From contig CM007992.1 of assembly GCA_002189035.1 (NCBI GenBank), positions 868,001 to 932,000 on the forward strand: DNA of 64,000 nucleotides, in the 5' to 3' direction. Under the pieces are notes generated by a model that was not told where the DNA came from, did no database searches, and was given only the letters and a program-made list of their open reading frames with translations. Each line of letters starts with the position of its first letter. The stretch's first letter is position 1. Below are positions 37,657-53,436 of this stretch, piece after piece. Position numbers and translations under genes: made by a program. The DNA is from Utricularia gibba. Lineage: Eukaryota; Plantae; Magnoliophyta.

Positions 37657-39996
37657 TCACTGCTGTGGAGCCAAGAGAGCAGACGAAATCCAATCCAGGG
37701 CAGCAGTGTGGGACTCTGAATCTACATGCACCGATGGAAAGAGTGGACTCACCGAAACCTGTGTTGTGGGATGGTTCAGAGTTGAAATCAGCTGAATGAT
37801 GATATGCCATGAAAGAGTTAACATTTCTGGAGTTGTTCTGTAGAAACTTACAAAACCATTTTGAAGGGCGACGATATCCAGATGCTCGTCTGCTTCTTCG
37901 AGCTCCTTGTCGACCACCTGTGAGAATTTTCAGCATATTCATCAAGAAACTGAAGTCATCACTTGGTGGAAGAAGAAGAGCTTGGTTTTGTGTCAGAAGA
38001 ACCCGGCTGGCCAGCTTTTTTGGCGTGAATTCAATGATATAAGACTGATTCCCATCAAAAGTCATCCATGGAAATGTCATGAATGTTAAGATGATTACCT
38101 CTGCGCGATAATACTTGACTGTTCTTTTAAACTCTGACTTGCCTGCTGCACCAACTGACTCTACAACCTCGACATCTTGTTTTTGAGTAGTAAGGCGGCG
38201 TGCAGCACCCTGGATGAGGAGAAGAATTTGTCACAACAACAAACACGTTGAGTAAACTGCTTGCAAAACTACATTTGACTAGTGACGATGAATGCTAAAA
38301 GAATACTAACCGCAGCAGAGGCATCACGGCTGAGTTGGGCAAATTGCACCCCGATACCAGGCTGGCCAACTGCGAAACGTGAAGCAGCTTGTGTCCTTGC
38401 ACCTGAACTGGCTTGCCAGCATAGAGAGGGCCTCCATGAACTTCTCTTGGTGATTTTGATACCCTGAAAAAAATGCATTGTTCTTGATATGCACATACGT
38501 TCTCCATGCTGAAAAAGATTGAATAGTTGACCTCTTGCCTCCCCCAAATGCAAAGGATCTAAGAGGCATGTTAAGGTAATGAATACCTTGTTTGATAATG
38601 GTGCCCTTGGAACTTCAATATCCAGTAAAAAGCCTTTGGGAAAAATCCCCTTCTCTACGTCTCTGATGGTTGCAATTACTAAAGGGAGACACACCGTCAC
38701 AGCATCCTTGAAGTGACTTTCTACGCTCTCATCTTTCAGCCTAAGAATATCAGAAACAATGATACCACATGGCACTTCATAGATTATATTACTTCAGCAG
38801 CAAACTCACCAGTTTAGGGAAATGGACACAGACGGAATTCCATTAAACAGCGCTTCCCTTGCTCCAGCAACGCCACCTGAATAAAACCTGGATATGCAGA
38901 GAGTTATTCGAAGTGAATATAAACAAACCATTGTGCGTTCTGCTAGGTCTGCAGGACAGACCCTTGAGGTGAAATTCGTGTAACAAAAAATTGTGGGATA
39001 CAATTAGATAAAGATCAAAGATTTCCACCGTAGAAAAGCTCGGAACCACCCTGCAGAACAAGCATATAGTTTATAAACAAACAAGATCTCACATATGGTG
39101 TCCGCAGCTAGAGCCCCTGTTGACACCACTTATCACCTATAGCGCACCCATAGAACAAAGGGCATGATTACATCAACAGATAAATTTTTTTCTGATAAAG
39201 GATTCAAGGGGAATGTCGACTTACCAAGAGAGGTTTTGACCATGAAAAAAGCGCACCAGATAATGCCAGTGACACACAATCAGCTGGAGTCCCTGAAAGT
39301 TTACATATCCCACAGTAATGGCGCTTATTTTTCTTCTGAATCCTTGCTAAATAAATACACACATATTTTACATATTCAAAATGCATAGCATCAAGCAAAT
39401 TCAGCTAATCTCGTACCAGAGATTTCGAACGCAACTGCCCCATTGACCTCGACGGAGGCCACTTCAAGCGTGTCCTTCAGAGATAATGAATGGCCAGACA
39501 TCGTCTTGTCACTGCAAAAACACTCCAAGTCAAAGAACAAATAACAACAACAGTATGTGCTGAAACAGGAATTGGGTGAAAAACAGTATATAATCAATCA
39601 AGATAGAAAACAAAAAACGAAAACAAGTGATCTCCTGTCGAGGCCCACCAATTGCACACACACAATCATAGGAAACAGCGACGCATATCCTCAGACAAAT
39701 GCCTAAAAAAAACCCAAATAGATCAAACGAGAGAAAGATACTTACAACTGAGGGGCAACGACGAAGACACTGTAGGCACCATGGCCTACGAGAGCATCAA
39801 CCAGACAAGACAGTCCCGGAGACTGAACACCGTCACTGTTCGTCACCAAAATTACGGGTTTCGACAAATCGTCCTCCGAAGAAGAGGGCTTCGCCGAATC
39901 CTCTTCTTGGTCGCCGGAAATAGGTTTCCGGCTCAAAAGAACTTGCTGAAGATTCGAAACCAGCCCCGGAGGCAAAGAATTCTTAGAAGTCGCCAT
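37657..39996 (-). CDS. SurE-like 5'-nucleotidase/phosphatase, multi-exon
   Basis: KPVILVTNSDG, GTPADCVSLAL, VISGVNRGSSCGH, FYSGGVAGAREAL; plant N-terminus MATSKNSLPPGLVSNLQQVL. Confidence 0.92.
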
Positions 39997-41563
39997 ATTG
40001 GAGGGAAAAAAAAAGTGGGAAGTGGGTATCCAAGAAAAAACGACTGTTGATCTATATATTCATGAATCTGAGGATTGGCGAATGGATGGGAGAGAAGACA
40101 CCAGCAGCAGGGAAGTTATATTAATGTTTTCTCACTGCAGAGAAAGTGGGGAGGAGCGATTCTGACGGTGCCGATCCATGAATGCTGAGGGGGCTGCTGC
40201 TCCTGCTTCTGCTACCGCTGCTGCCCCCACGGAACACATGGAGCCCCCATTGGCGCGTGGGAACCACCCCTGTGTCTGGGAGGTGGGGAATTCAATCAAA
40301 CATAACTTCTAATTTTAAAATTAAAAAAGACATCATTCCTAATCACAAATTATTTAAAAAATGTCAATTATTAATTAATTAAAAAATATGAATATAGAAT
40401 TGCATATCACCTGTCCCATTCATGGATTAAATTCCAACCATAAACTTTTTGTCACTTTATGACATTAATTGTAATTAATAAAGATGCCTCTAAATTTTAA
40501 AGTATCCATTTGATTAATATTAATATCAATAATAAGGAAAAAGTTTATGGTATATTTGAGACATATTTTATTTTTGAAAAAATATTTCCAGAATAATATT
40601 TTTAACATCAAACATAAAAAAAACAAAAATCTAGAATTATTTCAAGAAATGCTTTTTGAAAAACCATACTAAAATAGAACATTAATACAATGAAAATAAA
40701 AGAAGAATCTCCTGATTATGAATGAAAAAGAGGATGAATTTAAATACAATTAAAGTTATGTTCAAATAAATAATATTATATAATAAAATTGAAAATATTA
40801 TGCATCTTTGGACCTCTTTTGCATTAAAAACTTTCTAAATAGATTATTTTTAATTTTTAAAAATTCTATTATTTAATCGTTCTATAATAAAATTGAAATT
40901 TTAAATTATTTAATTAATTTGAGAAATTATTGAATTTCGTAAATCTATATTTTAGTGATTAAATAAGAAGTGAATTATAAAAAATTATGTTATTTACTTT
41001 CTATCTAATTTAAAAATATATTTATATTATAATATTAAATAATACAATAATTTAATACATTGAATTTTATAATATATATTTCATTTTATTATGTTATAAT
41101 ATAATTTTATAATATTTATAGTAATAGTTTTACAATATCAAAATTAATTCTGTTCACATTATTTTATATAATCTAAAATAAAAATTTAAATTAAGACAAA
41201 GAAATTGTGTGTCTACTTAACATCTAGATAAATTATAGTATACAAAAAATTTTAATGATGGACACAAAAAACATTGTATTTAATGATGAAATTACTAATA
41301 AAATTAAAAAGTATTAATATTTAGAATTTATGCAAAATCCTCAGGTGGCGCGTGCACGCGGGTGTGCCACGTCGGAGACAACATACGTGTGGGCCGCCTC
41401 GGTAGCATCAAATGGGCTGGGCTCTGATTCTCGAATGCTGGCCCATTAGGCATTAAGATTTCAGGGTTAAATAGAATATTCCCTCCGCCCCCCCGTAGGT
41501 TTCTTCCCTCGGTTTCGTTAGGTTTTTGGCCTCTCTCCTTGCTGCTTCGCAATTGCAAGCACC

Positions 41564-43717
41564 ATGAGCAATCCCAGCAACAACAATTTCGATATGTCGG
41601 AACTCGAGTCTTCTCTTCCCGCCGCCGCCGCAGGTTCTGTTTGTTTCTTCCTACACCGATTGGGTTCCAGATGATGTAGGTTTGTGGTTTTGTTGTATGC
41701 AGCTTTGAGTGCGGAAGAACGTGCTGGATTAGTTAATGCGCTCAAGGTTTTGTACTTTTTGGTTTCTTTTTTTACTTTTTGTGTGGTGTCTTACCGTGAG
41801 TTAAGTTTATTTCTGCCATTTGGCTTTCAGGATAAGTTGCAGAATTTTTCCGAGCAACATGTGGATATCTTGGAGACGCTATCGCCTAATGTTAGAAAAC
41901 GAGTCGAGGTCCTCAGGGAGATTCAGGTGCTAGGAGATTTTCATTCATGATGTGAAATATAGTTATGCTTATATTTTGCATGTGATTCGTTCATTGTATT
42001 TGGCCACTTATTTCTGGTTTGCATGCAATGTTATGAATTTTGCTACTTGCAGAGTCAACATGATGAGCTCGAGGCAAAGTTTCAAGAGGAGAAAGCCGTA
42101 CTTGAAGCTAAATACCAGAAACTCTATGAGCCCCTGTACACGAAAGTAAGATGGCTTTTTGTCTGCAACACAAACTTTATAAGCGGTGTTGAAACTCAGT
42201 TATTTTCTGTACTTTGTTTGGTTGACTGATATGATTCATGTCCAAACTCTTTTGTAGCGTTATGAAATTGTAAACGGTGTTGTGGAAGTGGTAGTGGCTG
42301 ATACATCAGGACAGGGGGATGCTAAATCTGATGAAGGTAAGTTGGATGGCTTCTCCTACGCTCTTTAGCTCGCTCAAGCGTAGCGTTTCGCTCTGTTACC
42401 GATCATTTAAGGTCCTCTAGCTTGGCTAATGTCTACGAAGCTTAATTTCAGCTAAAGGTGTCCCAGAATTTTGGCTGACCGCAATGAAGACTAATGAAGT
42501 GTTGGCCGAGGAGGTTTGCTGCCTTATAATACACTCTCTTCTGTTGCTTTGTATATCCAGTACGCTGATCATTCCTGATCATATCTTCAGATCACAGAAC
42601 GTGATGAAGAGGCTCTAAAGTATCTCAAGGATATTAAGTCTTCTCGGATAAACGAGCCCAAAGGCTTTAAGCTCGAGTTCTTTTTTGATTCAAACCCTTT
42701 CTTTAAGAACACTGTTCTTTCAAAAACATACCATATGATTGACGAAGACGAGCCAATTTTGGAGAAGGCAATTGGGTAATTGGTTCCTCTTTATCTTTTG
42801 CTCTAGCTCATTTCTTATCCCCTCTACATGAAAAATTAGTATATAATAATGTGTTGGTATTCTCAGCACAGAGATTGAGTGGAACCCAGGGAAATGCTTA
42901 ACTCAGAAGGTCATGAAGAAAAAGCCGAAAAAGGGCTCAAAGAATGCAAAGCCAATAATAAAGACTGAAAAGTGCGAAAGCTTTTTCAACTTTTTTAGCC
43001 CACCTGAGGTACCTGATGATGAGACTGACATTGATGAAGAGGAGGTAGTTGGTTCAGTCAATCGAATTAAAAAGAAAAAAGAAACTCAGTGTTCAGGATG
43101 ATTTTTGTTTACATGAGCTTGTTTTTATTAAACATGTGCAGGCTGAAGAGCTTCAAAATCTGATGGAACAAGATTATGATATTGGGTAAGTCTACTTTTC
43201 TTATCTACAGCCTGTTCCGTCTATTTTCATCCTCATCATCCCGTCAATGTAATCTTGCTTTGCAGCTCAACAATTCGAGATAAGATCATCCCTCATGCTG
43301 TTTCATGGTTCACCGGAGAAGCTGTTCAAGGAGATGATATTGACATGATAGATGATGATGGCAATGAGGATGACGATGATGAGGATGACGATGATGAAGA
43401 TGACGACGATGAAGATGAAGATGATGAAGAAGAGGTTGTCAAGAGTAAGAAGGTGAAAATGTTAACAAGCATGCTCGTTATATTTTCTTTTTTTTTTTTA
43501 ACATTACACGCTTACATGTGCGCTTGTCTCTTCACATGTCATGACTATCCCAGCCGGCCGCACCAAAGGTATGTTAACTACCTCAAATCCAACCTGAGAT
43601 GTCGATTCAATGATGCTCTATACACGCTAATTCCCATCGTGTGTACAGAGAAACATCACAGGACAAGCTCCAGAAGGCCAGCAAGGAGAGCGCCCTCCTG
43701 AGTGCAAGCAGCAGTAA
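41564..43717 (+). CDS. NAP1: Nucleosome assembly protein 1, multi-exon with a 15-nt microexon and C-terminal CaaX
   Basis: [69 protein letters not shown]-rich acidic tract, [10 protein letters not shown]. Confidence 0.95.
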
Positions 43718-44634
43718 GCACTCATCCCTCCAGATCAACATGGCTAAACAACCTACTGGTTATTGTCTTCTCTTCTCGAATGTGCGTGTGGCGAAGCTTA
43801 TAGTTTCCATTAGTGGCTGCTCTTTTGTCTATGTTATAGCCTATTTGTTATGCATGACACATTGATGAACGGGCACTATGCTACAGTTTTTGTATCCTAT
43901 TCATGTCCTTTTCCCCCCTGGGTTCTCTGATCTGTGTTGTTGCCTACCTCCAAATTGCCATGGCGCATGAGAGGCTGTTTCGTGTCTAACAGGCTTTACG
44001 ATGTTTTTTTTTTTTCCACATATGAGATTTTGCTCAAGGGGGTAGCCATTTAATTTAGTATGAAGTTTAGTTTATTTGGGATGAATGTAAATTGGAGTAA
44101 TTTAAATATAAATGAAAGATTTGAAAAATCTTTAGTATGTTTTATAAAGAACGTTATGAAATAAAGATTTAATTATGTAGAAAACCTTGTAATTGCATGT
44201 TTAATTAAATACATTTTTAATGTGTATTTGTGTTATTTTAACATTTTCTTGTTTGTAAAATTGTTATTTTGTGTAATTTAATTTTAAAGTTGTTAAGCAT
44301 ATGAAAAAATATTGAAAATTAAAGATAAATAATCTATTTTTATTGATGAAAAAGGATAAATTTGATATTTGAAACAAAAAATTACAATGATATATTTGAA
44401 ATAAAAAATGTCTTAATAAATAATTTGTAATATTCAATATTAATTATCACTAAATTAAGAATTAATATAAAGTAAACCATGTTGACGCGTCGGCTAAGCA
44501 CTGCCTCTGCGACATTAAGAATGGACTGGCTGTCAGCGGAGGCCGCGCCGGAACGTTCTGGAAAATGGAACACATCCGTCAATTCTATCGGAGGATTACC
44601 ATGTCAGCAGAGCTCAAGGGCGGATTTGTTGGCT

Positions 44635-48053
<3,419 letters not shown>

Positions 48054-48333
48054 TGCAGGAAGCGATTCTCAGACTCACGGCAGCGACAACTGAATTCGAG
48101 CTCGAGAACCAGGAGGAGGATTTAGCAGAGCAGGAACAGGGTTTTGGGTTTTTAGAGGTTTCCCTAAAATAAAAATAATAAATAATAATAATATAATCAT
48201 CATCATCATCATAATTATAATAATAAATATTTTTATTACATGAAAACACCAAAACGAATATAATAATAAACATTTTTATTTGTTTTTATTATTTTTTATT
48301 ATATAAAAACACGAAGGCGAGTATTACGCCATT

Positions 48334-48343
48334 GTGTCGACAG
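48334..48343. promoter_or_regulatory. Zinc-deficiency response element (ZDRE)-like motif
   Basis: GTGTCGACAG, 9/10 match to RTGTCGACAY, upstream of a ZIP4-clade gene. Confidence 0.65.
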
Positions 48344-48407
48344 ACTTGGCAGGCTGTAGCTTGATTCTCTCAGGCGCCACCTTTCTCCCTTCGCTTCCTT
48401 CTCAAGA

Positions 48408-48417
48408 ATGTTGACAT
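48408..48417. promoter_or_regulatory. Second ZDRE-like motif
   Basis: ATGTTGACAT, 9/10 match to RTGTCGACAY. Confidence 0.5.
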
Positions 48418-48634
48418 TTTTCTTCCACTCTCTCTCCCTTTCCTTGGCCTACATCCACTCATTGCAGCTTCGATTTCTTCTATATTCGCTTAAGACATTT
48501 GGCAAATCATGCGATTCCGATGCTTCCCTTCTTGTTCTGGATTCTGTTTCACCCTGGATGCTGTTGATCGGTGGGTTATGTGATTCGGATTTTGGGTTCG
48601 CAAAACTACCTGAATGAGCTTTCATCTGCTGCGG

Positions 48635-51042
48635 ATGTCGCTATTAGAGGTAGGTTTATCTTCGACTTATCTGTTCTGGATCATATTTTGAGATGTGAGT
48701 TTAATTCCCAGGGTTTGCTGCCGATACTTTCACGGAACGCCACCATTCGGGGCTTTTCTGGTAAAGGACGATGAACTTTTGATTTTTTTTCTTTGTATTG
48801 GATGTATAGAGCTAGGAAACAGTGTAGAGTTTGGGTTTTGGGATTGCGTCTTCGCTGTTTTCAAGTCACATAGTAGAATTAATGTCTCTATTCATTCCAA
48901 ACTGCGAATTTTTTCAAGAAAAAACCTTTTTTGTCTGTGTAGTACTATGTTTTGTCCCAAGTGTCGAGTGGTAAATCTGCATTTGATTAGGCTAGCTTTC
49001 CTGGCTTTCTTTATAGTGTTTTTTCGGAGTTTTGTAAAAATATCAGTTGCTTCTGCTCATGCTCCAGTTTAGCATTTTATCATGAACATCTGCCAGAAAC
49101 TTCAGTTCTCTTGATGCTATTAACGCGTTTTTAATTCACCAAGTATCAGAAATTAAAGCTTTCGCAGGGTTTTATTAACGCTTTGTTAATAAATGTGCAT
49201 TGCTGCACTACCCTCATTCTCAAATACGGGTTTTTCCAAATTTCTTACTACTTAGGCTTGCAGATATATTTCACATTGTATTGTTTCCAATATTCATTTG
49301 CATTTTTAGTCTAGTAAAGCTACAAAGGTAGAATAACTAACCTTGCTGTGGTTTCCTTTTTGTGTGTGAAAGGTTCTGTTGTCAATCATGTTTTTGAATC
49401 AGTGCCAAATTCTCGTTGTCATCAACTTGATGATGAACTGGATGGATGCCGCAATGACTCGTATGCTCTCACCCTTAAGCTGATAGCTATTGCTTCAATA
49501 CTAGTAGCGGGAGTCTCTGGTGTGGCTACTCCACTGATCGGAAGAAAGCATCATTTGCTAAGAAATGAATCCAACATCTTTGTTGCAGCTAAAGCGTTTG
49601 CTGCTGGTGTCATTTTGGCCACTGGCTTTGTTCATATGCTCCCTGATGCTACCTCATCACTTACCAATGCATGCTTACCAGAATTTCCATGGGGAAAGTT
49701 TCCATTCTCGGGTTTCATTGCTATGATGGCTGCATTGGCCACTCTGCTGGCCGATTTAATAGGAACACAGTACTATGAGAGGAAACAGGAGAAACAAAGG
49801 CACCTGGTTTCTCATGTTTCCTCAGAGAGTAGCCATTCGAGAGCAGGAATGGTTCCAGAACAAATAAATCAATGTCATGGCAATATATGTTGTGAAGAGG
49901 AAGGAGCTGTAATTCCCTTACTTGGGACGTACACACATACAGCGCATCATAGGCATAACCATTCACAAGAACATGGTGCATATCAAACTCGTTTGCCAGA
50001 GACTTCCCACTATCACTCACACTCCCACGAGATTGACTTTGGTGATGAAGAATCTGTTGTCCGGCATGCCATTATATCACAGGTTGGCTTCACTTACATT
50101 TCAGTGCCTGCATTACCTTCTCTGGTTATTCTTTTTGTTCTTCCCATGTCTTCGCTCATGAAAATAACAGTCTTGGATAGCTTCCTTATCTGGTTGTCTG
50201 CATGTAATGGAACCATTTTGTCCAAGGGCATCTTTTAAAACATTTGAATAGAACTCCTGCAAATGAGTAATCCTGAGCATTCAACAATCTTCAAGCATTG
50301 GTGCCTGGAGATTGGGTCACTTCATCAAGATTCTTAATACTTCCAGTCATTTCATATCTATCAATTCCTTACCAGTCTATCAATTCCTTACCCTCATGAT
50401 TAAGGTGTTACTTACTGCTTGTGGATGTTCAATGGATTGTTTATCTTCAGCAGTGAAGTCTATAAACCTTAAAACAATATAGAGCAAGAAGGCTCTCATA
50501 ATCAGACACAGATGCAATGAGCTTGGTTTCTCTCTTCCCGGATACCACCACTGGATTGATATTTTATCCAACTCTTCTCTGCACAGGTACTGGAATTCGG
50601 GATAGTTTCACATTCCGTGATAATCGGATTGTCCCTCGGAGTTTCAAGGAGTCCATGCACAATCGGACCCTTGCTCGGAGCCTTGTCGTTCCATCAACTG
50701 TTTGAAGGTTTCGCTTTAGGCGGCTGCATCGCACAGGCAGAGTTTCAAACCCTTCAATCCACCATGATGGCCTGCTTCTTCGCCTTAACCACCCCGTTGG
50801 GGATCGCCGTCGGCATCGGAGTTTCCTCAGTGTACGATGGAAGCAGCCCGGCAGCCCTGATCGTGGAGGGGATACTGGACTCAGTTTCAGCAGGAATTCT
50901 GATTTATATGGCTCTGGTTGATCTCATTGCACCCACCTTCCTGAGCAGGAGAATGAGCAGCAACTTGAGGCTCACAGTTGCTTCTTGTCTGGCTCTCTTC
51001 TCCGGTGCTGTCTTGATGTCTTGTCTAGCTGCTTGGGCATAG
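48635..51042 (+). CDS. ZIP4: ZIP family zinc transporter, ZIP4/IRT3 clade; 5' exon structure uncertain
   Basis: [36 protein letters not shown], His-rich loop, [29 protein letters not shown]. The candidate first exon MSLLE|GT (48635-48649) is phase 0 but the next clear exon (49373) starts in phase 1, so a small middle exon may be missing from my model. Confidence 0.9.
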
Positions 51043-52402
51043 GTTCAGGACAATTTCCTTCTTTCTTTTTTTTTTTTTTTTTTTTGGATTCATGTACCAA
51101 ACTTCAATTACACAATATTTTAAAAATCACAATTTAATCATTTTACATCTTAATAAAAATTATATTAAAATCAAGATAATTATAATTGAATTATTTTAGC
51201 TTATAAATTATTTGTAGGATTTTAAAACATTATAATTATATGATAACCATAAAGCCACGACAACACTCATCATTGTTATTATTTTTATTTTATTTTAATA
51301 ATATTATATTTAACTATGGGATCTGCGTTCCTATATTTAACTCTAAAAGTTTTATTTCATATATTAAGGTAAAAAATTAATATTTAAATAATAATTGTTA
51401 GTGTATTAAGGATATAATCTGTATGAATTATTTTATAATTACTAATTAATTCGTAAGTAGAATTTATTAGATAAGTATAATTAAAATAAGTAATTATGAT
51501 TTATATAATTTATTATTTATTCATGAAGAAACAAATCTGTTTAGATTTGGTTCAAATTTGGTGTAATCTAAATGAGGACATTTATTGAATAAGTTGATAA
51601 CTTGTTTTAATAAGTAGTACAAACATAATTTATAACATAAATTGAAAAAATAAAAATATAGATAAATTTAAAAATAATTAAAAATTAAATATAAATTTGA
51701 ATATAATTTATAAATAAAGTAAAAATCAGGTGGTCTATAATAAATAATTTTAACTTCTTCTTTAAATCATATATTAAAAAATAATTCGTGAAACTATACC
51801 CTAAACAGTAACATTGGCTTAACGTGCACCATATCACCAGACTTTGTGGCGATTTAAAAGACGTCATCATCAAGCGTAGGAAACAAAGAACAACATGTGT
51901 AGGTCCCGCAGAGATTCCCCACCAAGATTCCAGACTGCCTGCTTACCCTGCCACCTATTATTTCTCATTATTTAGAATTAGAAATTCCAACTACTTTTTC
52001 ATAAATTTTAAAATTATATTATAAAATTTAATAGACTAAATTATATATTATAAGTTTAGTAAATTAAATTATCATAGAATTTAATATTATAATGTAAATT
52101 TATTTTTAAAATATGTAAAAAGTAAATAATATAGTTTTTATAGTCAATCGGTTATTCAATAACTAAAATAGAAATTTAATAATTTCTAAAATTAATCTCA
52201 AAATTTGAATTTCTAATTTTTTTCATGGAATAAAATAATATTAGAGTCTATAAAGATTAAATAAAATAACTTCAAAATATTTGATTTACACGACACGCCA
52301 TTGTTCGATTGCTTGGAAATGAATTCCAGGCCGCCGGTACTTGGTTTTTTTCCAACGGCCTCAGTAATATTCAAACAAATTTCGGAAATTAACATCGGGG
52401 AT

Positions 52403-52501
52403 GGGGCCCACCACCTCATTTGTGGGCCCCTCATTAATTGCCTTGTCCCTTTGGCTTTACGTACCCGACAAAATGATACGTGTGCGCATGCATGACGTCA
52501 T
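52403..52501. promoter_or_regulatory. Distal cis-element cluster: inverted TCP-type sites plus a palindromic TGACGTCA
   Basis: GGGGCCCAC (52403-52411) and GTGGGCCCC (52422-52430) form a perfect inverted repeat; ATGACGTCAT at 52492-52501 and again at 53093-53102. Confidence 0.45.
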
Positions 52502-53436
52502 CATCAAGTCTCTTACTAGTACGTTTTGGGACATAGTAGTAGTAAGAGAATTTTCCTCGAAAACTCCGCCACCATTAAGAATTTTTTTTTTTATTTGTTG
52601 CAATATTTTTTTCTTTTTTTTTTTCCAAAAAAAAAGCAACTATAAAAATTTATCCCATGCAATTATAGCGAAAGGAGGCGTATGCTTTGAGAATTGGGTG
52701 TATCCAATTACCTCCTCCACACACGCAACGTTTTCCTTTTTTAAATAAATCCTAAGTTAAATTCAATTTAAATTAACTTGATGATAACATACAGATCATG
52801 ACAAAGACGATATAAATATTGCAACATTATCAAATCATGATGATCTTTACTATCCATATTTCGAAGCTCATTTTAAACCAATCTTATGGAGTCATGAACA
52901 TCTAATTGTTCGATGAAACCTTGGTGCTCAGAAATAACTTTATATTATCATTGAGGAGCATCCTCAGTGGGGTGAGAAAAATTTAGATAAATATTTTATT
53001 TTTCGTAAGAACCCAATCCAATCTATTACAATCTGTTTAAAACACTACAACAATCATGAAATTGAAGGTAGTAATTATGTATTTTAATGAATATGACGTC
53101 ATAAATGATGGTATTTTGTTTACTAATGCTGTCCAGATTCATTACTGTGAGAGGGAGATTACGTCAGCAACTTGCGAAGACGCAAGGGGGCGATGATCGG
53201 TTGGACGTCCCGCTCACACGTCATAACACTTGCTACTCTTGGGACTTCATAAAGGCGGCATTCGTGGGACCCGCCTCCTTTTGCGTGTGATACCTTCCTC
53301 CGGCGGGGTGTTTTCGTCTTTTCACTTGATCTCCACACCACGTACGCACGCTCACTCGAAGCTTATAAACTGCGGCCACTTTAGCCTGGGACTTGAATCA
53401 AACACCTTCAACGCGCGACATTTTTTTCTCCTCCGG

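Noticed and set aside
40300-41320. Short ORFs in very AT-rich spacers (also 10250-10700, 51100-52260, 59230-59800, 61760-62250)
   Set aside because: Low complexity, non-ATG or compositionally biased translations, no homology recognised.
43857-43937. C/D-like cassette in the NAP1 3'UTR
   Set aside because: Weak 5-bp stem, no recognisable C'/D' boxes or rRNA guide, located in an mRNA 3'UTR.
49388-49395. Possible T-run frameshift creating an ATG start for ZIP4
   Set aside because: The in-frame upstream residues [16 protein letters not shown] align with the recalled ZIP4 N-terminal extension, so an upstream exon explains it without an error.
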